The notes beneath the pieces are model-generated. The model had not been told where the DNA came from, did not search any database, and saw only the letters and a program-made list of their open reading frames with translations. A program made the position numbers and the translations under genes. From positions 1 through 64,000 of the forward strand of contig JBGPIA010000018.1 in NCBI GenBank assembly GCA_041484665.1: DNA of 64,000 bases, in the 5' to 3' direction. The stretch is from Candidatus Krumholzibacteriia bacterium. Its GTDB lineage: Bacteria; Krumholzibacteriota; Krumholzibacteriia; JAJRXK01. Shown in pieces: positions 1 through 10,479 of the stretch. Numbering within the stretch: position 1 is the stretch's first letter; each line of letters begins with the position of its first letter.

Positions 1-1
1 C

Positions 2-1444
2 ATCGCGCTCAAGTCGTTCAAGTATCCCGGATTGTTCGGAGACTCCGAGCTCATCGCCGGCGGCCTGTTCACCCACGCCGGCGGGGTCGCGGCCAACCGC
101 ATCGCCCGGTGGGATCAAGACCCGTTGATCGCGTTCCCGCCTCCAGCATGGCAGGCGATGGGAAGCGGCTTCAACAGCGGCGTGTACGCGATCGAACGCT
201 ACAACAGCGCGACCTACGCCGGCGGCCCCTTCACCTTCTCCACCTCCACGGTGAACCACATCGCCCGCTGGAACGAGACGACCAAGCTCTGGGAGGCGGT
301 AGGTACCGGCATGAACGGCGCCGTGCGCGCCCTCAAGACCTTTGGATCCTATCTCTACGCCGGTGGCGATTTCACGACCGCCGGCGGGGTCTCGACCGGC
401 GGGTTGGCGCGCTGGGACGGCACGAGCTGGAGCCAGGTCGGTGGTGTCTTCAACGGTACCGTGTACGCGCTGGAGGTCCACAACGGCCTGTTGGTGATCG
501 GGGGTCTGTACCCAGGCATCAACAGCTCCCCCAACCTCGCCTATTACACCGGCTCCTTCTATTCCACCTTCGCCACTGGCGGCACGAATGGCGCGGTGCG
601 TTCGCTGCGCTCCACCGGGACACGGCTCTACATCGGAGGAACGTTCAGCACCGCCGGCGGCGTGTCCGCGAGCAACGTTGCGTACTGGGACGGTTTCTGG
701 CACGAAGTCGCGGGGGGCGCGAACGATGTCGTCTACGCCTTGGCGGCCTTCAACGGCGAGATCCATGCTGGCGGAGTGTTCACCGCCGTCGACAACGGCG
801 CACTCGCATCGCCCCGCTGGGCCAAGTTCACCCCGACCGGCGTGCCTTGGTTTGTCTCCCAGCCCTTTTCTCAAACCATTCAGGTGGGTGACAACGTCTC
901 CTTCACGGCACAGCCCGCGCCCGGGTACCCCGGAGTCAGCTTCCAGTGGAATCGCAACGGCGTACCGCTCCTGGACGGACTGACGCCAGGCGGCTCTACG
1001 CTCAGCGGCGCGACCACGCCGACGCTGACCCTCACCAGCGCGGTCTTTGCCGACAACGGAGGCTATCAGATGGTGCTCATGAGTCCCTGCGGCAACGACT
1101 CCAGTGTTGTCGCCACGCTGGACTTTACCGGGGTCACCGGGGTGGCGCCTCCTGGACCGACCGGGGCGACCGTCTTCGAGACGGCCGGCCCCAATCCGAC
1201 GCGCGGCCCCTCACAGCTCGCGTTCTCCCTGGCCGTGGAAGCCCAGACACGGTTCCGGGTCTACGACCTGGCGGGGCGGTTGGTGCGCGTCATCGACATG
1301 GGGCGCCTGCCCGCTGGGCCCCATCAGGGGACGTGGGATGCGCGTGACAGCAACGGACAGCGCGTCCATGCGGGGCTGTACTTCGTGAGTCTCGAGGTCG
1401 ATGGCCAGCGTTTGGGTGACAAGCGCCTGACCGTCCTGCATTGA
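2..1444 (+). CDS. Secreted beta-propeller-repeat protein with Ig-like domain and C-terminal FlgD-Ig/T9SS-like sorting domain (5' end outside window)
   Basis: Frame open from base 2. Repeats of LYAGGxFTxAGG...IARWDG; Ig-like segment (SQPFSQT..FQWNRNG..DNGGYQ); tail GPNP..VYDLAGRLVR..WDARDSNG..GLYF. Confidence 0.85.
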   Translation: MALKSFKYPGLFGDSELIAGGLFTHAGGVAANRIARWDQDPLIAFPPPAWQAMGSGFNSGVYAIERYNSATYAGGPFTFSTSTVNHIARWNETTKLWEAVGTGMNGAVRALKTFGSYLYAGGDFTTAGGVSTGGLARWDGTSWSQVGGVFNGTVYALEVHNGLLVIGGLYPGINSSPNLAYYTGSFYSTFATGGTNGAVRSLRSTGTRLYIGGTFSTAGGVSASNVAYWDGFWHEVAGGANDVVYALAAFNGEIHAGGVFTAVDNGALASPRWAKFTPTGVPWFVSQPFSQTIQVGDNVSFTAQPAPGYPGVSFQWNRNGVPLLDGLTPGGSTLSGATTPTLTLTSAVFADNGGYQMVLMSPCGNDSSVVATLDFTGVTGVAPPGPTGATVFETAGPNPTRGPSQLAFSLAVEAQTRFRVYDLAGRLVRVIDMGRLPAGPHQGTWDARDSNGQRVHAGLYFVSLEVDGQRLGDKRLTVLH

Positions 1445-1456
1445 TCGAAGCTTTGG

Positions 1457-1483
1457 GTCGGGGGGGCCTAGAGTCCCCCCGAC
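1457..1483 (+). terminator. GC-rich hairpin after gene, possible terminator
   Basis: GTCGGGGGG...CCCCCCGAC stem 12 bp after the stop codon; no U-tract. Confidence 0.35.
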
Positions 1484-2524
1484 TCGGCGTATCGGCCGCC
1501 GCCGGTGCCCGCGCTCGTGTTCAGTGGTACGGATTCAGCTCTACTCGAGCGAGTGGGTCGCGAACATTCGCGTCGGGCGGCAGGGGATCCGCTCCTCCGT
1601 GGCGCCCCCCCCACTTCTCCCACGAGCGAGGGGGTCTGTTGAGCACCTCACCCGCCATATGGAGCCTCCACGCGACCGCCCTGACTGCCTGGACCATGGC
1701 GGTCATGATTCGGGAAACCTGGGCTCGCGCTCCGACGCCAACGCCCAGCTGGGCGAGTTCCTGGCCAGCCACGGGTACGTCGCGCCACGGTGCCCCAGCC
1801 CAGACCATCCGCGGCCGAGCTGGCTCTCGGTGGCTCACCTCCGAGATTGACCGGCTGGCGCCACCGAACGTCCCGGGCGCCAACCGGGGACGGCGGTCAG
1901 CGTCCCGGGAGGAGCACGAGCTTGCGGGTGAGGGCGCGATTACCGAACCTCAGCCGGGCCACCGAGACGCCCTGAGCGGCAGGCACCCCCGATGGGGGAG
2001 CAGCGGGGATCCGGCGGACGGCCTGGCAATCAGGTCCGCGCGGTCATCGCGCAACCCTTCGGACTCGGCTGCTGTGGCGTCGTTCAACGGACCCTGCCCC
2101 CGACGGGCAACCTCTGAGCAGAGCACGTTGCGGTGCGAGGCGCATGTTCGAGGGCGCCCGGATCGAATGCCTGGTCTGCGGGGCCCGCTGTCTCTTGCGT
2201 CCGGCTCGCGAGCCCTTGCGCCCCGTACCTTTCACAACTACCTTGCTTGCGACCTCTGTTTGTGATGCCCGCAAGGTGACCCACCGATTTCGCAGAGCCG
2301 GCCGAGCTGGGCCGATCCTGACCCTTCGAGTCGGCAACACATCGGGGCAAATCCCACCCAGAGAACGCTGGCGGAGTCGGGGAATCTCCCCGCGGGCGCC
2401 CGTTTGCCCGGTTACGACAGGATTTCGGCTTCTGCCCCGCCTGTTCCGAACTTGGCACATGCGATCTAGGATTGGCCCAAAGAGCCGATCCAGCACAATG
2501 GCAGAAGGAGATCCTGAAGTTATG

Positions 2525-2806
2525 ATGAATATCTACGTCGGCAACCTGTCCTTCACCGCGACCGAGGGCGACCTGCGCGGGGCCTTCGAGACCCATGGCC
2601 AGGTCAACCGCGCTTCCATCGTCATGGACAAGGAAACCAGCCGTTCGCGCGGATTCGGTTTCGTCGAAATGGAGGACCGCACCGCCGGCCTCAAGGCCGT
2701 CGACGCCGTCAACGGCAAGATGATTGCCGGCCGCGAGGTGAAGGTCAACGAGGCCAAGCCGCGCGAGGAGCGAAACGGCAACCGTGGCACGGGCTACGCC
2801 GGCTAG
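2525..2806 (+). CDS. RRM-domain RNA-binding protein
   Basis: MNIYVGNL (RNP2) and SRGFGFVEM (RNP1), ending KVNEAKPR; AAGGAG upstream. Confidence 0.95.
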   Translation: MNIYVGNLSFTATEGDLRGAFETHGQVNRASIVMDKETSRSRGFGFVEMEDRTAGLKAVDAVNGKMIAGREVKVNEAKPREERNGNRGTGYAG

Positions 2807-3020
2807 GCTTCGACTGGTGACCATCGCCAGCTGAGAGCGATTGGTTGAATCCGGCCCGGCCCCCATTTGGAGCCGGGCGGAGCTCTGTTTTCGCCTCCGA
2901 GCTCCGTCGCCCTCGCCGCGGACAGAGCTGCCGATCGTTTTATCGTACTATTACAGCATGTCGATCCGAAGTCGGATGCCTGCGGATGCGCATCACACCG
3001 AGACAAAGGGAGGACGCACG

Positions 3021-3455
3021 ATGGACGCCAGAGAGCTCGACGAGCTGCAACACCGCCTCGCGACCATGTTCGGGCGCGCCCCGGTTCGCACCCCCGGCGC
3101 CAAGGAAGAGGCCCTGACCGTCGCGGAGTGGGCCCCGCTGGTGGATATCGTTGAACATGACAACGAGTACCTCATCAAGGCCGAGCTGCCCGAGGTCAAG
3201 AAGGACGACGTCAAAGTGACGGTCCAAGACGAGGTGCTCACGATCACCGGGGAGCGAACTTTCGAGAAGGAAGAGAAGGGCAGAAAGTATCATCGCGTAG
3301 AGCGGGCGTACGGCCGTTTTGCCCGGAGCTTCTCGCTGCCGGAAGACGCGGATGGCAACGCGGTAGCGGCCGAGTTCAAGGACGGGGTGCTCAAGGTCCA
3401 CCTCCCGAAGTCGGAGCGGGCTAAGCCCAAGTCCATCGAGGTGAAGATCGGATAG
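3021..3455 (+). CDS. Hsp20/alpha-crystallin small heat-shock protein
   Basis: WAPLVDI..AELPEV..LTITGER..ERAYGRFARSFSLP..AEFKDGVLKVHLPK; GGGAGG RBS before ATG 3021. Confidence 0.95.
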   Translation: MDARELDELQHRLATMFGRAPVRTPGAKEEALTVAEWAPLVDIVEHDNEYLIKAELPEVKKDDVKVTVQDEVLTITGERTFEKEEKGRKYHRVERAYGRFARSFSLPEDADGNAVAAEFKDGVLKVHLPKSERAKPKSIEVKIG

Positions 3456-3769
3456 TGATCCATGCGATAGAAGTGCTGATCGGGCTCGCCGCCTCCTTCC
3501 CGCAGCAGCGTTACGAGCTCAATCTCTTCCGAGGCCGATGAGGGCTGCGCCCGAATTGTTGAGCCAATCGTCGCAATCCCGGGGTCGCCGCCGAGACCGG
3601 CGGACCACGTGCTTCTCCTCATTCAACTCGAGACCTGGATCCACGCTGAGCAGGCTGCGCGCGTCCGGTAAACGCTCGCAGCGACTTCAAGGTTTTCCCT
3701 CATCCAACGAACGACTCGATCGAATCTCTGCTAGGGGGTCTCGCTCTTCACTTGCACCCTCACTAAGTG

Positions 3770-3930
3770 CGCGCAACGCGCGTCCCCTCTCGCGCGAACG
3801 GGTCCTCGCCTCGGATGTGCGTCTGGTGGCGAAGGATGCGATCGACGGTGCGCCGCTGTTGGATCAGGCCCACGATCCCCATCTCCACTCTCACGCAGCG
3901 ACAACGGCGGGTCGACTCCGTGAATTCACC
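3770..3930 (-). mobile_element. IS91-like transposase C-terminal remnant
   Basis: Minus strand reads ..VEMGIVGLIQQRRTVDRILRHQ..GEDPF, matching the remnants at 20860-21204 and 24407-24585. Confidence 0.55.
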
Positions 3931-4084
3931 GCCATGGCCGCCCCCAACCGGGCTTCCTGCGCGGCCGCGCGGACCGTCCACGCGTCGGAGGCGGTCGAAG
4001 ATCGCAGGCCGAACCACGACCGCCCGAGCGGCCTGGATGGCGGCGACTCGAACGACCGCCGCCGCTGGCGTGGTTTCCAACTGC

Positions 4085-4924
4085 CTAACGAATCGCCACG
4101 ACACCTGGTGCGATCATCGGGAATCGCGTCAGAACCTGGGGGTCGTGGCCAGGGACCACCAGCCGGAGCGAGCCCGCGAGCCGCCGCATGCGATCCTGGG
4201 CGGCCAAGTTGGACAGCGTGTCGAAGGTGGCGGTGATCGGCCGGCGGCGGTCGAGATTCTCGTAGAGGTACAGATTGTCGGAGGCCAGCACGACCGTCCC
4301 CGAAGCCGTGGGCACACTCACGTACTGCGATTCCCAAGTGTGCCGGCCGCCGACATATACGAACACGCCCGGTGCCACCGCCTGCGAATCGCCGTCGACC
4401 ATCTGGAACCTGCCGTCGGCAGCGATGCGGTCGAGCATCGCGATGTCGACCGGGAACACCCCGCTGTCGACCTGGTTCTTGGGGTCGCGGTAGTGCTCCA
4501 TTTCGCGGCGCTGAACCCAGACCTTGGCGCGCGGAAAGAGATCGGCGCCATCGGTGTGATCCCAATGGAGGTGCGAGAGCACGATGTCGGTTACCTCCTC
4601 TGGTTTGATGCCGAGCTTGGCCACCGCCTCGGACGGCTTGACAAAGTCCTTGATCTTCCACGCCTTGCGGAACTCTTCGCGGTAGAATCCAGCGTCCACG
4701 AGGAGAATGCGCCCGCCTCCCCGCGCGACCCAGAACATCATTGAGGCGTCAATCGTCTTGGTGCTATCAGCGCCGAGCACGAGGTTCATCATGGGATAGC
4801 CGACGAGCACGCCGTACTGGACCGCGTAGACTTGATATGCTGGCGTAGCAACGGATAATGTCGTCGCTGCGATGCCCGCGACGAGGCCCGCCGTCAGGGC
4901 AACTCCTATCAGAGTGCGTCGCAT
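4085..4924 (-). CDS. Metallo-beta-lactamase-fold hydrolase, N-acyl-homoserine lactonase family, with signal peptide
   Basis: HLHWDHTDG (HxHxDH), GRHTWESQ, LASD, VPGHDP motifs; hydrophobic N-terminus; AGGAGA RBS. Confidence 0.85.
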   Translation of the reverse strand: MRRTLIGVALTAGLVAGIAATTLSVATPAYQVYAVQYGVLVGYPMMNLVLGADSTKTIDASMMFWVARGGGRILLVDAGFYREEFRKAWKIKDFVKPSEAVAKLGIKPEEVTDIVLSHLHWDHTDGADLFPRAKVWVQRREMEHYRDPKNQVDSGVFPVDIAMLDRIAADGRFQMVDGDSQAVAPGVFVYVGGRHTWESQYVSVPTASGTVVLASDNLYLYENLDRRRPITATFDTLSNLAAQDRMRRLAGSLRLVVPGHDPQVLTRFPMIAPGVVAIR

Positions 4925-5387
4925 GGGGTCTCCTTGAAGAGGAACGGATCAGGGACCGGATCCGCCCCGTTCGACGCTACACCTCAGAGCGCGCCGTGTC
5001 TCCTCCCGGCGAACCGCTCCGTGCACCCCCGATCCGTTACTCCTGCGAATTCGCTCCCCCTGCGCGCCGCCTGCGTGGGCCCACCCGACCCCGTCCGTGC
5101 CGCGCCTGGAGTCGTGTGGGTGCGCCTCCTCGGCCGCCTTTTCGCGCGCATGCTTCCCCTCGCCGGCCTCGCCGTCGGCCACCTCGGCCCCGGGTGTGCC
5201 TCTACGAGAAGCCCCCCTGGGCGGTGAGTCCCTCCCCTGCCTCCTGCTTGCTCCCGGCTGGGCACAGGCTCTCCGTCGCGCTGGATTGGGCGAGGCCACG
5301 TCGGCTCGATGCCCCCTGTTCGCTCCTCGGCGTTCGGACGTAGGAAGGGTGTCGGCGATCCTTCCCCGCCCTTCCGGAGGCGCCACC

Positions 5388-7946
5388 ATGAGAGGTCCAG
5401 TTCTACCGCGCCTGGCGAGGCCCTGCTGCGCGCTGACGTTGGTTCTCCTGCTTCTCGCCGCTTTGCCAGCCCCGGCGGGGGCGCTGATCTTCTACTTCTG
5501 GCAATCGCCCGTCAGCGGTTCCGCAGACGAGGTCGCCAAGTGGAACCCCGACGGCCTCCCCACCGCGCAGGACGACATGCTTTTCAACGTGGCTGGGACC
5601 TATACGGTGACGTTCCCGGGCACAGTGCCTGCTTCGACCCAGATCAGCTGCGGCGGTGGCACCCCAACCTGGAGCGTGGCGAGCCCCCACACCACGGGCC
5701 TGCTGCTGGTCGGGGCCAACTCGGGCCAGCCGACGCTAACCGTGTCTCAAGGCACGATCAACACCGACCTGCTGATTCTGGGAGGCGCCGGGAGCTTCAG
5801 CAAGTTGACTCTTACAAATGGAGGGCAGTTCGGGTCAAGGGCCGTGGTCCATTCCAAGTCGCGCTACAACGCGGTTTACGGGAGTGGTGATGAGATCGGC
5901 CGTGATGGAGTCTCCGAGATGACGGTGAACGGAGGCGCGCAGTATTACTGCGATATCGTCGAGGCCGACAGCCAACCCCTGGTGATGGGCGAGATCCAGT
6001 TTGCGGCAACTACGCTGTTCATTGCCGGCTCCAGCCCGCCGCCCCGCATCTACAGCGGTGTTCATGTGACGCATTCCATCCCGGGGTCGGTTCCGGCGCT
6101 GATCGTTGGCCACATCGGCGTGGCGAATCTCTTTGCATACAACGGCGGCTACCTGGATGTCATCGGAGGAATGGTGATTGGTGCGATTCTCGGTTCCGCT
6201 GGTTACGTGACGATCGGGCCCGTTTCCGGACTCGGCACCTCCTCGCTGCACGTCCAAGATCATCTGTCGATTGGGCTCAACGCTTACCCGCTCCAGCTGG
6301 GCGGGCACGGGGAACTCACCGTGGAGAATGGCGCCTGGGTGCAGGTGGACCATGGCTGTGAGGTCGGGGATCCAGACGGCGATACGGGCAGCGTGCTTCG
6401 AGTGAAGCAGGGAGGGAACTTTCGCGTCCTGGCCGAGGGGCTCACGATTTGGCCGACCGCCGGACCCGGGCTCGACGTTCGCGGCGGAGTGGTCCGCGTC
6501 AACGGCGGGCTCACAATCTGGCGGAGCACCGGGCCGGGCTTCGACTTTCGCGACGGCCTGATCCACGTCATGCGCGGAGCGTTCGTGTGGCCGGCGGGGA
6601 GGTATCTCTCCATCAGCAGCCAGGTTGGCGCCCCGGAGCTCAGGATTAGCGGCGGGGTCACGACCACGGGCCCGAACACGCCCGTCGGCTCCCCTCAGCT
6701 CCTTGTGGGCCGCGGTGGAACGGGGATCCTGCGGATCACCCAGTCCGACACACAGTTCTCCATGGGCGCCGGCGTTACAACGCTTGGAGACTCCCTCGGC
6801 GGGGTCGGCACAATCCTGGCGGACTCATCAGCGGCCATTTTGGGCGGCGGGCCGGTCAATGTAGGACTTCGCGGCAGGGGTGAACTGGACCTACAGCACT
6901 TTTCCTCCACACACCTCGGAACCTTAGCCATCGGCGTGACGGCGAGTGGAGTCGGCAACGTACGAGTGAGCGATTATGCGCAACTCGGCGTTCTCGACAA
7001 CCTGTGGGTGGGTGGTGGGTTCGGTCTGGCGGGCGGCAGTGGCTCTCTCGTGGCGGACTCATTCGCCTGGGTCCGCGTCGAACATGGCACGGGAGCGGGG
7101 CCACCGCTGACGGCCATCTATTCACCAGGCGGCTCTCTGACGCTGGCAGGCGGAGCGCTACTCAGCTCTCCGGGAATCGTCGACGACATGGGGAACGTGA
7201 TCCTCCGGGACGGACAAATCCAGGTTCCGACCGTGTCCGTTGAGGGCAGCGGCAGTCTTGGCGGTTGGGGACTTGTCTGGGGCGGCCTGTTCAACCATGG
7301 CCGCATCGATCCATACTCTGCGAGCAATGCCTTTGGGAGGCTGTCAGTGCGCGGCAACCTGACGCAGTCCCCCTTGGGCCACTACGTCGTGGACCTGGGC
7401 GCATTGCGGTGCGATTCGCTGGCGGTGAACGGCGCGATCGTGCTCTCCGGCGCGCTCGATCTGCGCCTCGACCCCGAGTTCGTGTACTCGGGGTCCAACA
7501 CTTTTACAATCCTCACCGCTACTTCGCGCGCGGGCGTATTCGATGCCGTGACCTGGAACGGCAGCCCTTTGGCGGGTCAAGCGAGCGTCGTCTACTTGCC
7601 CACAGCCGTGCAGGTCGTGGTCACCGGAGGCGTCACCGGCGTGGACCCCGCAGCAGATTCGGCGGCGGCAACCAGCTTGTGCTTCGCACCAGCGGGCGGA
7701 CTCGCAAGCCTGGCCTTTGAGCTCGAGCTGCCGGCGAGGGCCGAGGTGCAGGTCAAACTCTACAACGTCTCGGGGCGACAGGTCGCCACACTCTATACTG
7801 GAACACTCGAGCCAGGTCCGCATCGCCTGGAGCCTCAGGGAGCTGGCGTCAGTCGCTTGCCGAGCGGCGCGTACTTTGCCCGAGCGGTGATCCAATCCGG
7901 CGGCCAGACAACGGTGCGCTCGGCCCGGTCGATCGTTGTGCACTGA
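5388..7946 (+). CDS. Secreted Gly-rich beta-strand repeat protein (autotransporter-passenger/PEP-CTERM-associated-repeat-like) with C-terminal FlgD-Ig-like domain
   Basis: GGAGG RBS; signal peptide ending APAGA; repeats LxVGxxGxGxLxI; tail LYNVSGRQVATL..LPSGAYF. Confidence 0.8.
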   Translation: MRGPVLPRLARPCCALTLVLLLLAALPAPAGALIFYFWQSPVSGSADEVAKWNPDGLPTAQDDMLFNVAGTYTVTFPGTVPASTQISCGGGTPTWSVASPHTTGLLLVGANSGQPTLTVSQGTINTDLLILGGAGSFSKLTLTNGGQFGSRAVVHSKSRYNAVYGSGDEIGRDGVSEMTVNGGAQYYCDIVEADSQPLVMGEIQFAATTLFIAGSSPPPRIYSGVHVTHSIPGSVPALIVGHIGVANLFAYNGGYLDVIGGMVIGAILGSAGYVTIGPVSGLGTSSLHVQDHLSIGLNAYPLQLGGHGELTVENGAWVQVDHGCEVGDPDGDTGSVLRVKQGGNFRVLAEGLTIWPTAGPGLDVRGGVVRVNGGLTIWRSTGPGFDFRDGLIHVMRGAFVWPAGRYLSISSQVGAPELRISGGVTTTGPNTPVGSPQLLVGRGGTGILRITQSDTQFSMGAGVTTLGDSLGGVGTILADSSAAILGGGPVNVGLRGRGELDLQHFSSTHLGTLAIGVTASGVGNVRVSDYAQLGVLDNLWVGGGFGLAGGSGSLVADSFAWVRVEHGTGAGPPLTAIYSPGGSLTLAGGALLSSPGIVDDMGNVILRDGQIQVPTVSVEGSGSLGGWGLVWGGLFNHGRIDPYSASNAFGRLSVRGNLTQSPLGHYVVDLGALRCDSLAVNGAIVLSGALDLRLDPEFVYSGSNTFTILTATSRAGVFDAVTWNGSPLAGQASVVYLPTAVQVVVTGGVTGVDPAADSAAATSLCFAPAGGLASLAFELELPARAEVQVKLYNVSGRQVATLYTGTLEPGPHRLEPQGAGVSRLPSGAYFARAVIQSGGQTTVRSARSIVVH

Positions 7947-8178
7947 ACGTTGAGGTGCGCGGGCCCTGGCGGCGCTGCGGCGTGCAGCTGCGGAGCGTGG
8001 ACGTGACCCGGGGCGCACGCGTTCGGCCCGGCACTGTCGCGCGTGCGAACCGCCCGCCCGAGAGCCACCATTCGCATTGTGGGCCCGCTCCCGACGCCAA
8101 CCGTGGTTCCGGCAAACGCCCAGCCCGAGGGGACCCCCTGCGACTGGCGCGGTCCGGGGATGTCGCGATCGAGGTTTC

Positions 8179-8335
8179 ATGGACCCACGTTCCGTCGCCC
8201 CCGTCCTCTCCGACATCGCCGCGACCGCGTCCGAGACCTTGGAGCTCCAGGACGTCTTCGACCGGGTGGCAACCTCCGTCCGCGAGCTCATTCCGCTGGA
8301 CAACATGGGGGTCGTTCAATTCTTCGATTGGTGCG
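8179..8335 (+). pseudogene. N-terminal GAF-like fragment of a regulator, truncated
   Basis: MDPRSVAPVLSDIAATASETLELQDVFDRVATSVRELIPLDNMGVV, then runs into an IS91 fragment. Confidence 0.45.
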
Positions 8336-8364
8336 TAATCGCTTCGACGATCGCTCCGTGTGTG

Positions 8365-8445
8365 TGGGCATGGTCGCCGCGCTGCAGACCTTCGGCAGCT
8401 AGGCCGCCAACTTCCACCCCCACGTGGAGGCCATCGTAATGGAGA
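8365..8445 (+). mobile_element. IS91-like transposase HUH-motif remnant
   Basis: GMVAALQTFGS*AANFHPHVEAIV, a degenerate QTFG..NFHPHxH motif with an in-frame stop. Confidence 0.65.
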
Positions 8446-8999
8446 GAGCGCAAACGCTCATTGCTGGACGGCGCATTCGCCCGTGATGGCGGTTTCGAGC
8501 GGCTGTTTTCTGAGACCAGACCGCGCTCACCGAGCTCTACCGCCGGTCCGTGATCGCAAAGCGCAAGCAGGGTAGGCCCTGCGAGGTGGGCCGTGCTGAC
8601 CCGTCTGCCATGCTAGGCTCGACACACTGGATCGAGCGCTCAACGAGCGGACACCCCCAGGGGATTCGCCGGCACCCAGCAGATTGGTCAAGCCCGCGAC
8701 CAAGTTGGCGTTCGCGTCCAAGCCGTGGCGGGAACCGATCGGACCTCGAGGTCCGAGGCTCCGCTGGTCGACGCAGGCCGAACCCCGCCTCGCGACCGCC
8801 GCGTTCGCATTGATCGGACCACTTCCAGCCGTTTGTCGGGAAGCCGCACCACGGGCTGGCATGAGGGCACTCCCCCTTGCGCGTGGCGGTCCGTGTCCTT
8901 AGGTTGGCATCATTCGCCCTCCAGCAGCCGGCATCGTTCGTACCCGCCACGCCGGTCCGTCCCCTACTCTCGGCCCGCTGCATTCCAAGGGAGGCGTGT

Positions 9000-10448
9000 A
9001 TGCCCAAGACTCTCCAATCGCTGCATCTCCGGACACGCTCTGGCTCGGGAACCGCCACGCACGTCGGCCGGCGCCCCGCCGTGTTTCTTGGCTGCGCCCT
9101 GATGCTCTTGCTGGGCCAGACCGCCCTGGTGGCCCGTTGCTCTGCTGCTTTTGTCCATCCCGGTGCACTGGTTACCCGCGCGGAGCTCGACTTCGCCCGC
9201 GCGAAGGTCGCCGCGGGCCAGCAACCATGGACGGGCGCACTCAGCTGGATGCAAAGCCGCTCCGACGCCAGCCTCAGTTACACGCCCGCCCCCGTGCCCG
9301 ATGTCTCCCAGGACGCCTATGGTACGAACGATGTCGGTGGCTGGGACATGATGTACGACGCCCGGGCAGCGTATCTCCACGCCTTGCTCTGGGCGGTCAC
9401 GGACAATGCCGCCAACGCGCAGAAGAGCATCCAGATTCTGAATGCGTGGTCTTCTACCCTCAGATCGATTGGCGGCGTCAATGGAAAGCTGATTGGCGCA
9501 GGTGCTCTGACCGGCTTCGAGAATGCGGCCGAGCTTCTCAAGCACGGCAACGCCGGCTGGAGCGCCAGCGATCAAGCCAAGTTTGTCACCATGCTCCGCA
9601 CGATCGGCTATCCGCTGATCCAGGACTTCCAACCCGGCTACAACGGCAACTGGGACGCCATCATCACCCATTCCATGATGGATATGGGTGTTTTCCTGGA
9701 CGATCAGGCCATCTTCGATCGCGCGGCCAACTACTATAGGAACGGCGTCGGGAACGGCTCGCTTCCCAACTACGTCAGCCCCGATGGGACCACCCAGGAG
9801 ACCGCGCGCGATTGCGAGCACGAGACCATGGGAATCTCCGGGCTCGTCGGCTCGGCCGAGACCGCGTGGCATCAGGGGATCGATCTGTTCGGTCACCTGA
9901 ACAATCTCCTGTTCGCGGGGGTGGAGGGGGTGGCCAGCAGAGCCTACAACTGCGGGCTGATGCCAACCCCCTATCCTTGCTGGGAAATGGCCTACAACCA
10001 CTTCCACGACACGCTGGGCCTTCCGATGCCCAATACCGCCCTGGTTCTGGCGAAGATCGGGGTGCGACCCGAAGGCTATGGGCCGATGACAGGCATCGGG
10101 TACGGCACGCTGACGTCCTTCGCGACTGCGGTTCCCGCGAGCAGCGGCGCGCCGCCTGCGCCGCAGGCGTGGATCGCCCGCTTGGAGCAGAACGTCCCCA
10201 ACCCGTTCAACCCCAGCACGACGATCCACTACACGCTGCGCGAGGGCACGCACGCACGCGTGGACATTTACGACGTCGCCGGGAAGCGCGTGCGCACGCT
10301 GGTCGACGAGCTCCAGTCAGGCGGGCCGCATGCCGTGTCGTGGGGCGGCCGCGACGAGATGGACAATCCTGTCCCCTCCGGCGTCTACTACTATCGGCTG
10401 TGCGCGGGGGACTACACCGGAACCCATCGTCTGATTCTGCTGAAGTGA
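9000..10448 (+). CDS. Alginate-lyase-family (alpha/alpha toroid) protein with C-terminal FlgD-Ig/T9SS-like domain
   Basis: FVHPG..ILNAWSSTL..NGNWD..GTTQETARDCEH motifs; tail QNVPNPFNPSTTI..YDVAGKRV..SGVYYYRL; GGGAGG RBS. Confidence 0.8.
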   Translation: MPKTLQSLHLRTRSGSGTATHVGRRPAVFLGCALMLLLGQTALVARCSAAFVHPGALVTRAELDFARAKVAAGQQPWTGALSWMQSRSDASLSYTPAPVPDVSQDAYGTNDVGGWDMMYDARAAYLHALLWAVTDNAANAQKSIQILNAWSSTLRSIGGVNGKLIGAGALTGFENAAELLKHGNAGWSASDQAKFVTMLRTIGYPLIQDFQPGYNGNWDAIITHSMMDMGVFLDDQAIFDRAANYYRNGVGNGSLPNYVSPDGTTQETARDCEHETMGISGLVGSAETAWHQGIDLFGHLNNLLFAGVEGVASRAYNCGLMPTPYPCWEMAYNHFHDTLGLPMPNTALVLAKIGVRPEGYGPMTGIGYGTLTSFATAVPASSGAPPAPQAWIARLEQNVPNPFNPSTTIHYTLREGTHARVDIYDVAGKRVRTLVDELQSGGPHAVSWGGRDEMDNPVPSGVYYYRLCAGDYTGTHRLILLK

Positions 10449-10479
10449 TATGGAACGGCTGCTGTCGACCGCCGTTTGG

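Noticed and set aside
1524..1850. Possible alpha/beta-hydrolase fragment (AQLGEFLASHGYVA)
   Set aside because: Only about 15 residues look familiar; no RBS or coherent ORF.
4084..4092. GTTAGGC on the minus strand, like an integron attC core
   Set aside because: It is the gene's stop codon context; no matching inverse core, attC hairpin or integrase seen.
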